Shown: positions 9,671 to 20,090, counted from the first letter of the stretch. The stretch is 48,601 nucleotides of DNA from Nitrospirota bacterium (GCA_003246675.1 QJZQ01000143.1:1-48601), one strand, 5' to 3'. The notes: a model not told the origin generated them from the letters alone. Program-made: numbers and translations.

Positions 9671-10882
9671 ATGTCGAACCTGACCGCCCAGGCAGAGGGG
9701 AAACCGAAGGACTGGGTCCCCAAGGGGGATTTACAGAAAGTTGTTACCCCAGAGCAAATGTTTTTCGAGCTGCCCCGCGAAAAACTATTCATCACCGGCT
9801 CTGAAGCCGCACGGGAAGCCATCCGCCGGGCGAATGTAGACGTGGCAATCTCCTACCCGATCACCCCGCAGAGCGAAACCATGCAGCAGGCGGGTTACCT
9901 CTACGACGACGGGTACATCAAGGAATACTACCGGGGCGAAGAGGAAATCGGCGTTATGTCGGCAATGTCCGGAGCGTCCCGCGCAGGCGTACGCTGCCTG
10001 ACCGCTACCGCCGGCCCAGGCCTGATGCGCGGGCTGGAAGCCATTTCCTCCTGGCCGGGCGCGCGCGTTCCGCTGGTGCTGCTCGACATGTGCCGGGTCA
10101 TCAACACCCCGCTGGCCATTCAGCCCGACAACATCGAAATGTCTTTTCTCCTGAACACAGGGCTTTTGGTGCTGCACGCGGAAAACCAGCAGGACTTTTA
10201 CGATTACCCGCTCGCGGCCTTCATGGTCTCCGAAGAAGTGGACGTGACGCTACCCGCCGTGGTTTCGACGGACGGTTTTTTTGTGACGCACGCCCGCGGC
10301 CCGGTCGAAATTCCCTCCGAAGAATACAAGCTTCCCCCGAGGGATGGATGGCGCTCCGCGGTGCCGGCGATGGACAACGAAAACCCGCCCGCCCGGCTTT
10401 CCCGCGATGCCCCAATCCAGAAAAGTAACTTCATCAGCTACCACATGCATGCGAGCTGGCAGCAGGAAGTGTTCGCCGCGGTGGAGCGCTCCGCCAAGTA
10501 TTTCAGGAAATATCTGAACGGTCTCGTCGAAGTGATCAACCCCGGCGCGGAGGACTTTATCATCGCTTCCGGCTCGGCGGTATCGCAGGCCCGGGAAGCG
10601 GTTCGTCAGGAAGGCGAAAATGGCCGCACGGTAGGCCTCGTCAAGGTCAAGTGCCTGCGCCCCTTCCCGAAAGCGGAAATCATTGAAGCGGTGAAGGACG
10701 CCAAGCGGATCCTCATCCCCGAATTCAATCAAGCCGGGTGGATGCAAAAGGAAGTCTGTTCGGTGCTCTACGGACGCTCCAAAGCCATCATATCCGACGG
10801 CCCCCGAGTGTTCGGCGGCATGACCATGCCCACGGAAATGATTCTCGAGTGGCTGGAAGAAGCACGCAAGCGCACACCGTAA
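9671..10882 (+). CDS. porA: 2-oxoacid (probably pyruvate):ferredoxin oxidoreductase alpha subunit, Aquificae/Nitrospira multi-subunit type
   Basis: SYPITPQSE, EEEIG, TATAGPGL, DGFFVTH, RPFP motifs. Confidence 0.85.
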   Translation: MSNLTAQAEGKPKDWVPKGDLQKVVTPEQMFFELPREKLFITGSEAAREAIRRANVDVAISYPITPQSETMQQAGYLYDDGYIKEYYRGEEEIGVMSAMSGASRAGVRCLTATAGPGLMRGLEAISSWPGARVPLVLLDMCRVINTPLAIQPDNIEMSFLLNTGLLVLHAENQQDFYDYPLAAFMVSEEVDVTLPAVVSTDGFFVTHARGPVEIPSEEYKLPPRDGWRSAVPAMDNENPPARLSRDAPIQKSNFISYHMHASWQQEVFAAVERSAKYFRKYLNGLVEVINPGAEDFIIASGSAVSQAREAVRQEGENGRTVGLVKVKCLRPFPKAEIIEAVKDAKRILIPEFNQAGWMQKEVCSVLYGRSKAIISDGPRVFGGMTMPTEMILEWLEEARKRTP

Positions 10883-11030
10883 GCAAAAAAAAACCAACGA
10901 GGCTGGCATTAACCGGCTTTTAAGGTGATACTGGCTGCAAGCGGTTTGTATAAATGCCGGGGCGTCATAGGACAGGCGCCTTCGGTCCTGAATCATTTAA
11001 ATTAATTTTTCATATATAGAGGTAAACATC

Positions 11031-11897
11031 ATGTCATTGGAAACCTTGAGACCGTCTCCCGCGTTGAAAGAATTTCTTCCGATCGAGTACAAGGACCTGG
11101 TAGAACACGGGCCTTACGGAAAGAACAAAAAAGTCAGCGATATGGGGCAGTTCAAAGAAGTTCTCGAAGAACACCCCATGTGCGCCGGCTGCGCGATGAC
11201 CCTGTTCATCCGTCTGATGTTCATCGGCCTGCCCTGCCCCGAGCACACCGTCATGGTGGGTACTGCGGGTTGTGGCCGCCTGGCCATTTCCCAGGCTTCC
11301 GTGCCTTTCATTTACGGCAACTATGGCGACACCAACGCGGTGGCCTCCGGCCTGAAGCGCGGCCTGGAGCTGCGCTTCCCCAACCAGCCGAAAGACGTGG
11401 TTGTGGCCTGCGGCGATGGCGGCCTGGTCGACATCGGCTTTCAGGGCCTCATGCACAGCTGGTTCCGCCACGAAAAATTCACCACCATCATGCTCGACAA
11501 CGAAGTTTACGGTAATACCGGAGGCCAGGAAAGCGGCATGACCAACCAGGGCAAGGTGCTGAAGATGGCCCCGCGCGGCAAGAAGGACGAGAAAATGGAC
11601 GTCATCGGGCTCGCCAAGGTCGCCAAGCTCGACTACATCGCCCGGGTGGTTCCGACGAACCCCGCCCGCGTGGCCCGCACCGTTCGCCGCGCCGTGCTGG
11701 TGGCCCGAGAATTCGGCTCCACTTACGTGCAGGCCTACACCTCCTGCAACATCGAGTACTCCATCCCCACTCCCGACGTTATGAAAGACGCGTTCGAAGT
11801 GGAGAACGAGCGTTACGGTTTCGAGGAAATCATCTCCGACCGCGCCAAGGCGTACTTGCAGGAGATCGAAAAGAAAGACAAAAAAGCTAAAAAATAA
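11031..11897 (+). CDS. porB: 2-oxoacid:ferredoxin oxidoreductase beta subunit (TPP-binding)
   Basis: HPMCAGC, GTAGC, GDGG...DNEVYGNTGGQ TPP motif, YTSC. Confidence 0.88.
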   Translation: MSLETLRPSPALKEFLPIEYKDLVEHGPYGKNKKVSDMGQFKEVLEEHPMCAGCAMTLFIRLMFIGLPCPEHTVMVGTAGCGRLAISQASVPFIYGNYGDTNAVASGLKRGLELRFPNQPKDVVVACGDGGLVDIGFQGLMHSWFRHEKFTTIMLDNEVYGNTGGQESGMTNQGKVLKMAPRGKKDEKMDVIGLAKVAKLDYIARVVPTNPARVARTVRRAVLVAREFGSTYVQAYTSCNIEYSIPTPDVMKDAFEVENERYGFEEIISDRAKAYLQEIEKKDKKAKK

Positions 11898-11924
11898 GTC
11901 ATCCATCCAAGGAGGAAATCTATC

Positions 11925-12638
11925 ATGGCTGTCAAGCGCTATAACGTCCGCATGGCGGGAATTGGAGGCCAGGGCGTGGTCACCGCCTCGCATATCATCA
12001 GCAACGGGGTGGTTATCTCCGGAGGTTACAGTTCCCTCGTGCCTTTTTTCGGCTCGGAAAAACGAAACGCTCCGGTTGAAAGCTATGTGCGGATCTCCAA
12101 CCATACGATTTACGAAATCGGCGAGATCATTTACCCCAATGTCATCATGATCTTCCATCCCTCCGTTATCACCCTGGGAAAATCGTATACGATGCCCTTC
12201 TACACCGGCCTCAAGAAGCGCGGGATCATCCTGATCAACAACCGGACCCCCATCAAGCTGTCCCGCGACGAAGAGCGGGAGCTGGAGGAGAAGGAAGCCC
12301 GCGTTTATTACATTCCCGCCACCGACATGGCCAACGATGTCGCCAAGACCGACCTGGCCACCAACATGGCTATGTGCGGCGCGATTTCCGGCTTGTTCGG
12401 CCTGCCCGACCTCAAGAGTCTCGGTGAATCGGTCAAAGACCGCTTCCTCGGCAAGGGCATCGTGACCTCCGGCGGTACGGCGGCTCTGGACAGCGCCATT
12501 GAAAAGAAGTTCGCCAAAAAACAGAAGCTCATGGAAGCCAACATGATGACTCTGGAAGCGGCGTACAACTACGTCCGAGACAAAGGCTGGGCCGATGAAG
12601 ACGCAACGGCCACGGCAACGAAAACAGCGGCCGTTTAA
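11925..12638 (+). CDS. porC: 2-oxoacid:ferredoxin oxidoreductase gamma subunit
   Basis: GIGGQGVVTA, PFFGSEKRNAPV, TNMAMCGA. Confidence 0.88.
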   Translation: MAVKRYNVRMAGIGGQGVVTASHIISNGVVISGGYSSLVPFFGSEKRNAPVESYVRISNHTIYEIGEIIYPNVIMIFHPSVITLGKSYTMPFYTGLKKRGIILINNRTPIKLSRDEERELEEKEARVYYIPATDMANDVAKTDLATNMAMCGAISGLFGLPDLKSLGESVKDRFLGKGIVTSGGTAALDSAIEKKFAKKQKLMEANMMTLEAAYNYVRDKGWADEDATATATKTAAV

Positions 12639-12658
12639 CATATCGTTCTGGAGAAACC

Positions 12659-12922
12659 ATGTACTATATCGCCGAAGTCAACAAAGAAATCTGTTCTCAG
12701 AGCAATTGCCATCTCTGCACGACCTACTGTCCCGAGGCCAACTGTATCAACTACAGCGAAGCCGATAAATCCGCCTATGTTTCCGTGGACCGCTGCAAGG
12801 CCTGCGAAATCTGCGTTTATATCTGCAAGGAAGTGGCGAAAAAGGAAGCGATCCAGATGAAATGGATCGAAGACCTCGAAGAGGGATTCGTCATCAAGAG
12901 AACAGGGGTCGTTCTAAGATAA
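12659..12922 (+). CDS. 4Fe-4S ferredoxin-like (epsilon) subunit of the oxidoreductase
   Basis: CSQSNCHLCTTYCP and CKACEICVYIC cluster motifs; last gene before the terminator. Confidence 0.85.
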   Translation: MYYIAEVNKEICSQSNCHLCTTYCPEANCINYSEADKSAYVSVDRCKACEICVYICKEVAKKEAIQMKWIEDLEEGFVIKRTGVVLR

Positions 12923-12935
12923 ATCGTCTTTTTAG

Positions 12936-12976
12936 AAAAAGGTATTTGGGCTTCATGCCCAAATACCTTTTTTTTT
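12936..12976 (+). terminator. Rho-independent terminator of the por operon
   Basis: AAAAAGGTATTTGGGC-TTCAT-GCCCAAATACCTTTTT followed by a T run. Confidence 0.9.
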
Positions 12977-13022
12977 ATTTCAACACCTTACTTTTCATTC
13001 AACAAAACGGAGCCCACCACTA

Positions 13023-13439
13023 ATGGAACAAACCCTAGCCATCATCAAACCGGATGCCGTCGAACGCAACCTGATCGGACAAATCCTTGAACGCATCGAA
13101 TCCCGCGGTTTTCGCATCGTCGCCATGAAGCGAGCCCTGCTGACCCTGGCTCAGGCCGAGGCGTTCTACCATGTGCACAAGGAAAGGCCCTTTTTCGGTG
13201 AGCTGACTCAATATATGTGCTCCGGCCCCGTGGTTCTTCTGACCCTCGAGCGGGAAAATGCCATCGCCGCCTGGCGCGAACTCATGGGCGCAACCAACCC
13301 CCAGGAAGCCGCGGAAGGCACCATCCGCAAGGATTTCGCCATCAATCTGGAGAAAAACTCGGCCCACGGCTCCGATGCCCCCGATACCGCTGCCTTCGAA
13401 ATTCCTTTCTTTTTCAACAAGTTAGAAATTCAAGGCTAA
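13023..13439 (+). CDS. ndk: Nucleoside diphosphate kinase
   Basis: [26 protein letters not shown]. Confidence 0.97.
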   Translation: MEQTLAIIKPDAVERNLIGQILERIESRGFRIVAMKRALLTLAQAEAFYHVHKERPFFGELTQYMCSGPVVLLTLERENAIAAWRELMGATNPQEAAEGTIRKDFAINLEKNSAHGSDAPDTAAFEIPFFFNKLEIQG

Positions 13440-13499
13440 AATCCCAAAGAAATCCCGGATGCCGAAAACCCAAAGCCGGAAACATGCATCTAAACTTGT

Positions 13500-14048
13500 A
13501 TGAAAAGATATCTGGCGGTTATCCTTCTTACATTTGCGGCCCTGGCCGGGACGGCTCCGGCGGTTTCAGCTTATGAGTACCAGCTCTATAAAAACGTCGA
13601 AAATTTTGGTATTGTAGTATTTCCCAAAGAGAACGCGTCTAAAGAGCTGGACGATTACATCCGCTCCATCGTTTTCGAACCGGTGGACAGCGGAAAAGCG
13701 GTGATGCGTTACGGGACGAAGGGCGAAAACGAAACCTTCATGATGCCCGAAGAAGTGCAGACCCGTCATCGCATTGAGAAATTCATCGTGATCCAGGTTC
13801 TGCCGGACCGCAAAATGCTGGTGGGGGTCTACGATCCCGAATGGGGGCTCACCCTGCCCTCCTCGGTGTTCGAGCTCGATCAGGTGAAAGAAAACGTCCC
13901 GAAAACGCTTAATGTTTTCAGGGGATCGAATCCGCAAAAGCAAACCCGCGGACCAATGGAAGAAGATTTGAATGGAGCTGGCGCCCTGTCCGGGCTTGCC
14001 GCGCTCAATATGCCAAGGGGAGGCTTGATACACCATGCCCGTGTATGA
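13500..14048 (+). CDS. Hypothetical exported protein
   Basis: Sec signal MKRYLAVILLTFAALAGTAPAVSA; no recognised domain; overlaps the next gene by 14 nt. Confidence 0.65.
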   Translation: MKRYLAVILLTFAALAGTAPAVSAYEYQLYKNVENFGIVVFPKENASKELDDYIRSIVFEPVDSGKAVMRYGTKGENETFMMPEEVQTRHRIEKFIVIQVLPDRKMLVGVYDPEWGLTLPSSVFELDQVKENVPKTLNVFRGSNPQKQTRGPMEEDLNGAGALSGLAALNMPRGGLIHHARV

Positions 14049-14226
14049 ATACCAGTGCGAAAAATGCAAGGAAGTCGTCGAGGTGCTGCAAAAAATCAGT
14101 GACGAGCCGCTGAAAACCTGCGAAAAATGCGGTGGCGCCCTGCACAAGGGGTTCACCAGCATGAATTTCCATTTGTACGGTCCCGGGTTTTATTCCACCG
14201 ACAACAAGAGAAAGTACCTGAAATAG
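14035..14226 (+). CDS. FmdB-family zinc-ribbon protein
   Basis: MPVYEYQCEKC...CEKCGG...FHLYGPGFYSTD; GGAGG RBS. Confidence 0.9.
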   Translation: MPVYEYQCEKCKEVVEVLQKISDEPLKTCEKCGGALHKGFTSMNFHLYGPGFYSTDNKRKYLK

Positions 14227-14263
14227 TTTCGGTCCAACTCAACCCCCCACCGGGTCCCACAAC

Positions 14264-14689
14264 ATGATTTTCATCACCCGGCGGCTCGAATTCTGCGCCA
14301 GCCACCGCCTGTTCAATCCAAGCTTCAGCGACGAGAAAAACGCCGCCACGTTCGGGCTGTGCAACAACCCCAACGGGCACGGCCACAATTACGTTCTGGA
14401 GGTCACCGTCAAGGGCGAGGTGAACCCGGAAACCGGCATGGTGCTCGACCTTAAGGCGCTCAAGAAACTCATCAACGAGAAAGTCATCGATCTTGTGGAT
14501 CACAAGAACCTCAACGTCGATGTCGATTTTTTACAGGGAGTGATCCCAACGGCGGAAAATATCGCCATCAAGTTCTGGGAGCGAATCAAGCCCCATATCG
14601 AGAATGGCGAGCTGTGCGAAATTAAACTTTACGAATCGGAACGAAACTTCGTGGTTTACCGGGGAGAAGGCGTTGAAAGCACTTATTGA
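14264..14689 (+). CDS. queD: 6-pyruvoyl-tetrahydropterin synthase / QueD family (PTPS-II-type motif)
   Basis: [38 protein letters not shown]. Confidence 0.88.
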   Translation: MIFITRRLEFCASHRLFNPSFSDEKNAATFGLCNNPNGHGHNYVLEVTVKGEVNPETGMVLDLKALKKLINEKVIDLVDHKNLNVDVDFLQGVIPTAENIAIKFWERIKPHIENGELCEIKLYESERNFVVYRGEGVESTY

Positions 14690-15230
14690 AAATATTTTAA
14701 AAGAATTGGGCGAGGATCCTTCGCGGGAAGGCCTGCTGGAAACCCCCAAACGGGTGGACAAATCCCTCAGGTTCCTCACCAGCGGCTACCATATCGATAT
14801 CAACAAGCTGGTGAACGATGCCCTTTATACGGACAATTATGATGAAATGGTCATCGTCAAGGACATCGACATGTTCAGCCTGTGCGAACACCACATGCTG
14901 CCCTTCTTCGGCAAGTGCCACGTGGCCTACCTGCCGCAGGGGAAAATCATCGGCCTCAGCAAGATCCCGCGTATCGTGAACGCCTTCAGCCGCCGGCTGC
15001 AGGTGCAGGAGCGCCTGACGACCCAGGTGGCCGAATGCCTGCAGGAAACGCTGAAACCCGGCGGGGTGGGCGTGGTCATCGAAGCGTTGCACCTTTGCAT
15101 GTCCATGCGCGGGGTGGAGAAACAAAGCTCCTACACGACCACGAGTTCCATGCTGGGGTGCTTCAAGTCCGACGCCAGAACCCGCAGCGAATTTCTCAAC
15201 CTGATTCAACCCCAGGGCACCCGCCGGTGA
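14673..15230 (+). CDS. folE: GTP cyclohydrolase I
   Basis: [46 protein letters not shown] start at 14673 after GGAGAAGG. Confidence 0.95.
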   Translation: MKALIENILKELGEDPSREGLLETPKRVDKSLRFLTSGYHIDINKLVNDALYTDNYDEMVIVKDIDMFSLCEHHMLPFFGKCHVAYLPQGKIIGLSKIPRIVNAFSRRLQVQERLTTQVAECLQETLKPGGVGVVIEALHLCMSMRGVEKQSSYTTTSSMLGCFKSDARTRSEFLNLIQPQGTRR

Positions 15231-15288
15231 CCTGCCCTGGCCGGAAACGCATTCCCCTCCCCTCTCCATAAATAGAGGCCATTGCCCA

Positions 15289-16254
15289 TTGAACAGCATC
15301 GCCGATAAAGAAATCATCATCGAAGACAACAAGCTGATTCCGGAAATTTTTGGCATTCACGACACCCACCTCAAGCTGATCGAGAAAAAATTCAACGTCC
15401 GCCTGACCACGCGCGAAAACGTGATCCGCATCAAGGGGGAAGCCCCGGCGGTGGAACAGGTGGACCGGCTGATCAGCCAGTTGCAGGAACTCTACAACGG
15501 GAAAACCCCGATCCTCAACGGGGACCTGAAGTTCGCCATCCGCCTCGCCGCCGATGACCCGGGCGTGGATCTGAAAGCCATCTTCAGCGAGCGCATCACC
15601 GTTTCCCAGGAAAAGGGTTTCGTCACGCCCAAGGGGCGTACCCAGAGGGAATTCATCCACGCGGCCCGGCAATGCGATATCGTCCTCGGCATTGGCCCCG
15701 CAGGCACCGGGAAAACCTATCTCGCGGTGGCTCTGGCGGTGGAGGGGCTGCTCAAGCACCAGTTCAAGAAAATCGTCCTCGTCCGGCCCGCCGTTGAAGC
15801 CGGAGAAAAACTCGGTTTTCTCCCCGGCGACATCGCCGAGAAGATCAACCCGTATCTCATGCCGCTCTACGACGCCCTGAACGACCTGCTGCCGGTCAAC
15901 CAGGTGTGGAAAATGATCGAGGACGGCATCATCGAAATCGCCCCCCTCGCCTACATGCGCGGCCGCACCTTGAACGACGCGTTCATCATCCTCGACGAGG
16001 CGCAGAATTCCACCCGCGAGCAGATGAAGATGTTTCTGACCCGGCTCGGCTTCCGCTCGAAAATGGTGGTCACCGGCGATATCACCCAGGTCGACCTCAG
16101 CAACCCCGGGGACTCGGGCCTCATCCACGCCAAGGGACTCCTGCAGGGCATCGAGGGCATCCATTTTTCGTTTTTCACCCAGAAGGACGTGATCCGGCAC
16201 GACCTGGTCAAGAAAATCATCCAGGCCTACGAAACCGGCGGCAGCCAGCGCTGA
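15289..16254 (+). CDS. phoH: PhoH-family ATPase
   Basis: GPAGTGKT, RPAVEAGEKLGFLPGD, YMRGRT, DEAQN, GDITQVDL. Confidence 0.95.
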   Translation: MNSIADKEIIIEDNKLIPEIFGIHDTHLKLIEKKFNVRLTTRENVIRIKGEAPAVEQVDRLISQLQELYNGKTPILNGDLKFAIRLAADDPGVDLKAIFSERITVSQEKGFVTPKGRTQREFIHAARQCDIVLGIGPAGTGKTYLAVALAVEGLLKHQFKKIVLVRPAVEAGEKLGFLPGDIAEKINPYLMPLYDALNDLLPVNQVWKMIEDGIIEIAPLAYMRGRTLNDAFIILDEAQNSTREQMKMFLTRLGFRSKMVVTGDITQVDLSNPGDSGLIHAKGLLQGIEGIHFSFFTQKDVIRHDLVKKIIQAYETGGSQR

Positions 16255-16334
16255 CCTCCGGCAGGCCATTTCGCGGTCTTCCTGCCCGCGATTTCGTGGT
16301 AAATTAAACCCAAAATACGGGACCGCTTATTATC

Positions 16335-16799
16335 ATGGCCACGCTTCTGACAAACGAGTTTTCCGGCGCGGGTTGCGACGACCAGGCGCTCATCGACCAG
16401 GGCGACCGGGTCCTTTCGGCGCTCGGCATGAGCGCCATGGAGCTCAGCGTCTTGCTGATTGACGACGCGGGCATACAGGAGCTCAACCGGGAATACCGCG
16501 ACCAGGACCGGGCCACCGACGTGCTCTCGTTTTCCCAGCTCGAGGGAGACGGCGGCGGCGATGCGCAGGTGCTGGGCGATGTGGTCATCTCCGTGGAAAC
16601 CGCCCGGCGCCAGGCCGCTCAGCATCAGCTCAGCTTCGAAGAAGAACTGGCCCTCCTGCTCATTCACGGGACGCTTCACCTGGCGGGTTACGACCACGAG
16701 CGCTCCCCCGAGGAGGCCGAAATCATGAAGCAAAAAACCTGGGAAATTTTTGCAATCCTGTATCCAGGGAAAAAGGCCGCCGCGTCCTGCGAATTTTGA
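16335..16799 (+). CDS. ybeY: rRNA maturation endoribonuclease YbeY
   Basis: LNREYR, ATDVLSF, LGDVVIS, HGTLHLAGYDH; follows phoH. Confidence 0.93.
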   Translation: MATLLTNEFSGAGCDDQALIDQGDRVLSALGMSAMELSVLLIDDAGIQELNREYRDQDRATDVLSFSQLEGDGGGDAQVLGDVVISVETARRQAAQHQLSFEEELALLLIHGTLHLAGYDHERSPEEAEIMKQKTWEIFAILYPGKKAAASCEF

Positions 16800-16830
16800 C
16801 CGGCGCGGCCCTCAACAAGCGAGGCCGAAC

Positions 16831-17313
16831 GTGGAACAGATCTGGGCCCCATGGCGAATGGAATACATCGGCCGGAAAAAATCCGGCGACTGTATTTTCT
16901 GCACCCTGCCGAGTGAAAAACGGGACGAGGAAAATTTTATCCTGCATCGTGGTGGCGATTTTTTCGTCATCATGAACATCTTCCCTTACAACACCGGGCA
17001 CCTCATGGTCGCCCCCTACCGGCACGCGGGCTGCGTCACCCTGTTCAGCGAAAAGGAAAGCGCTGAAAAGGATCGTTTGACGCAGAAATGCGTCGCCGTT
17101 CTGCGCGACTGCCTCAACCCCGAGGGCTTCAATATCGGCATCAACCTGGGCAAGGCCGGCGGCGCCGGCTTCGAGGAGCACGTCCACGTGCACGTCGTTC
17201 CGCGCTGGACGGGCGACACGAACTTCATGCCCGTGCTCGCCGACACGAAGATTCACCCCGAGCACCTGCGATCCACCTACGAGAAACTCAAGCCCCATTT
17301 CGAGAGCGCCTGA
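16831..17313 (+). CDS. HIT-family hydrolase (Ap4A phosphorylase-like)
   Basis: WAPWRMEYI, CIFC, NIFPYNTGHLMVAPYRH, HVHVHVVPRW; GTG start after GAGG. Confidence 0.9.
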   Translation: MEQIWAPWRMEYIGRKKSGDCIFCTLPSEKRDEENFILHRGGDFFVIMNIFPYNTGHLMVAPYRHAGCVTLFSEKESAEKDRLTQKCVAVLRDCLNPEGFNIGINLGKAGGAGFEEHVHVHVVPRWTGDTNFMPVLADTKIHPEHLRSTYEKLKPHFESA

Positions 17314-17322
17314 CCCCCGTTC

Positions 17323-19965
17323 ATGACCCAGCCCGCAACCGCGAAAATCGAAGACGACACGCCGATGATGCGGCAGTATCAGAGCATCAAGCGGCAGTGC
17401 TCCGATGCGATCCTGTTCTTCCGGATGGGGGATTTTTACGAGATGTTCAATGAAGACGCGAAAGCCGCCGCCGATATTCTTGACATCGCCCTCACATCGC
17501 GCAGCAAGAACAAAGCGAACCCCATTCCCATGTGCGGGGTGCCCCACCATGCCGCCAGCGCCTATATTTCGCGGTTGATTCAGGCCGGAAGAAAGGTCGC
17601 CATCTGCGAACAGATGGAGGACCCGAAACTGACCAAGGGGCTGGTGAAGCGAGGCATCGTCCGGGTGGTGACGCCGGGCACGGTGATCGACGACAGCCTG
17701 CTCGACCCCAAGACCAATCATTTTATCGCATCGCTGTATTACGGCCGCGGCGGGATGGGGCTCGCGGTCCTCGACGTTTCCACGGGCCTGTTCCGCATCA
17801 CCGAAACCGAGGGCGAAAATGCCGAGCCCCTCCTTCTCGATGAGTTGGAAAAACTCGCCCCCAAGGAAGTCCTGGTTCCCGAATCGTCGCGCAGCGACGC
17901 CCGGGACCGGCGCCTCGACGGTTTTTTCGTCCATGCGCAGGACGACTGGAGCTACTCCCACGGCGAGGCGGAACGCGCCCTGCTCGAACATTTCAAGACC
18001 GTCTCCCTCGACGGCTTCGGCTGCGCCGGACTTAAATACGCGGTCTGTGCGGCGGGGGCGCTCCTTTATTACCTCCGGGAAACGCAGAAGTCCGCCCTGA
18101 AGCACATCACCGCCGTCACCCCGTTTTCCATCCACCATGCCATGATGCTCGACCCCACCACGGTGAAGAGCCTGGAGCTCGTCCAGGCCAGCGACGGCGG
18201 CCGCAAGAACTCGCTTCTTGATCTGCTGGACCTGGCGCAAACGCCGATGGGCTCCCGGCGCATCAAGGAGTGGATTCTGAAACCGCGAATCGACAGAAAA
18301 ACCATCGAGGAGCGCCTCGAACAGGTCGCCGCCTTCAAGGAGCGGCTGCTGCATCGAAACGACATCCGCACCCGGCTCAAGAGCATGAGCGACATGGAGC
18401 GGCTCCTCGGCCGCATCTCTCTCGGCGTGGCTTCGCCAAGGGACCTGGCGGCGCTTCGCAACTCCATCGCCAGCCTGGAGCCGATCCTCACGCTGCTCCT
18501 TGAATTCCCCGAGCCGGTGGCCGCCGCCTACAGCGAACGCTGGGACGGCCTGGCCGACCTGTTCGCCCTGATCGACCGCTACATCGAGGACGAACCGCCC
18601 CTCAACCTGAAGGACGGCCGCCTCATCCGCCGCGGCTGCGACCCGGAGCTCGACCGCCTGACCTCCATCCTGAGCGATGGCAAGAACTGGATCGCCCGGC
18701 TGGAAACCAGCGAAAAGGAACGCACCGGCATCTCCGCCCTCAAGGTGGGCTACAACAAGATCTACGGCTACTACATCGAGATCACCAAAAGACATCTCGA
18801 CCGGGTTCCGGAAAATTACATCCGCAAACAATCGCTGGTCAACGCCGAGCGCTTCATCTCTCCCGAGCTCAAGGAGTACGAGACCGAGATCACCGGCGCC
18901 GAAGACCAGATCGCCGAACTCGAGGCCCGGCTCTTCAGGCAACTTCAGGAAGACGTGGCGGCCGAGGGAGCGCGCATCCAGCGCATGGCCGCCGTCATCA
19001 GCGAGCTTGACGCCCTCGCCGCGTTCGCCGAAACGGCGCACCGCTACAATTATACGCGGCCGGTCATCCGCGAGGACGCCGTGCTGCTGCTCGAGGACGG
19101 CCGCCACCCGCTGGTGGAAAAGATCGATCCCTCCACGCCCTTCATCCCTAATGATACACGCATGGACTCGGATGAAAACCAGATCATGATGATCACCGGG
19201 CCCAATATGGCGGGAAAATCCACCTACCTGCGGCAAGTGGCCCTCATCGCGCTGCTTGGGCAGGTGGGAAGTTTCGTGCCGGCCCGCCGGGCCGAAATCG
19301 GCCTGGTCGACCGCATCTTTTCCCGTGTCGGCGCCCAGGACCATCTGCTGAAAGGCCAGTCCACCTTCATGGTGGAAATGAACGAGACGGCAAATATCCT
19401 CAACAACGCCACCGGTAAAAGTCTTATTATTCTCGACGAAATCGGCCGCGGCACCAGCACCTTCGACGGCATCAGCATCGCCTGGGCCGTGGTGGAATAC
19501 CTGCACGGCAAGGAAGGCGGCGGCCCCAAGACCCTGTTCGCCACCCACTACCACGAACTGACCGATCTCGCCCGCGTTCTTCCGGGAGTGAAAAACTTCA
19601 ACGTTCAGGTCAAGGAATGGAACGACGAGATCATCTTCCTCCGGAAAATCGCCCCCGGCGGCGCCGACAAAAGCTACGGTATCCAGGTGGCCCGGCTGGC
19701 CGGGCTGCCCCGGCAGGTGCTCCTGCGCGCCTTCGAAATTCTGGACAACCTGGAAAAAAGCGAATTCGATGAAGCCGGCCTGCCGAAAATCGCCCATTCG
19801 GCAGAGGCCGCAGAACCCGAGCCGTTGCAACTTTCGATTTTTCAGGAAGAGCCCCCTCCCCTCATCCAAAAACTGAACTCTATCGACCCCGAAAACGTCT
19901 CCCCCCGGCAGGCGCTCGACCACCTCTACGAACTCATCCAGCTGTGGAAGCAGATGAAGCCCTGA
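17323..19965 (+). CDS. mutS: DNA mismatch repair protein MutS
   Basis: TPMMRQY, FRMGDFYEMF, TGPNMAGKSTY, STFMVEM, DEIGRGTST, FATHYHEL, SYGIQVARLAG. Confidence 0.98.
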   Translation: MTQPATAKIEDDTPMMRQYQSIKRQCSDAILFFRMGDFYEMFNEDAKAAADILDIALTSRSKNKANPIPMCGVPHHAASAYISRLIQAGRKVAICEQMEDPKLTKGLVKRGIVRVVTPGTVIDDSLLDPKTNHFIASLYYGRGGMGLAVLDVSTGLFRITETEGENAEPLLLDELEKLAPKEVLVPESSRSDARDRRLDGFFVHAQDDWSYSHGEAERALLEHFKTVSLDGFGCAGLKYAVCAAGALLYYLRETQKSALKHITAVTPFSIHHAMMLDPTTVKSLELVQASDGGRKNSLLDLLDLAQTPMGSRRIKEWILKPRIDRKTIEERLEQVAAFKERLLHRNDIRTRLKSMSDMERLLGRISLGVASPRDLAALRNSIASLEPILTLLLEFPEPVAAAYSERWDGLADLFALIDRYIEDEPPLNLKDGRLIRRGCDPELDRLTSILSDGKNWIARLETSEKERTGISALKVGYNKIYGYYIEITKRHLDRVPENYIRKQSLVNAERFISPELKEYETEITGAEDQIAELEARLFRQLQEDVAAEGARIQRMAAVISELDALAAFAETAHRYNYTRPVIREDAVLLLEDGRHPLVEKIDPSTPFIPNDTRMDSDENQIMMITGPNMAGKSTYLRQVALIALLGQVGSFVPARRAEIGLVDRIFSRVGAQDHLLKGQSTFMVEMNETANILNNATGKSLIILDEIGRGTSTFDGISIAWAVVEYLHGKEGGGPKTLFATHYHELTDLARVLPGVKNFNVQVKEWNDEIIFLRKIAPGGADKSYGIQVARLAGLPRQVLLRAFEILDNLEKSEFDEAGLPKIAHSAEAAEPEPLQLSIFQEEPPPLIQKLNSIDPENVSPRQALDHLYELIQLWKQMKP

Positions 19966-20073
19966 CCCCCGCGAAAGAAGCGCACGAAGAACCGGCTGTT
20001 CACGATTGGATAATAACCGTCACGCATCCGCACACCCCCTGAACGTAATTCCCGGTTTTTCAGCACCGGAAAA

Positions 20074-20090
20074 TTGGCATAGCCTTTGCT
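20074..20090 (+). promoter_or_regulatory. sigma54 (-24/-12) promoter
   Basis: TTGGCATAGCCTTTGCT: GG at 20076-77 and GC at 20088-89 with exact 10-nt spacing. Confidence 0.75.

Noticed and set aside
3770-19923. Long antisense ORFs (e.g. 3770..5464, 11034..12641, 16723..19923)
   Set aside because: They mirror well-supported genes and are expected from high GC3 codon bias; no motifs.
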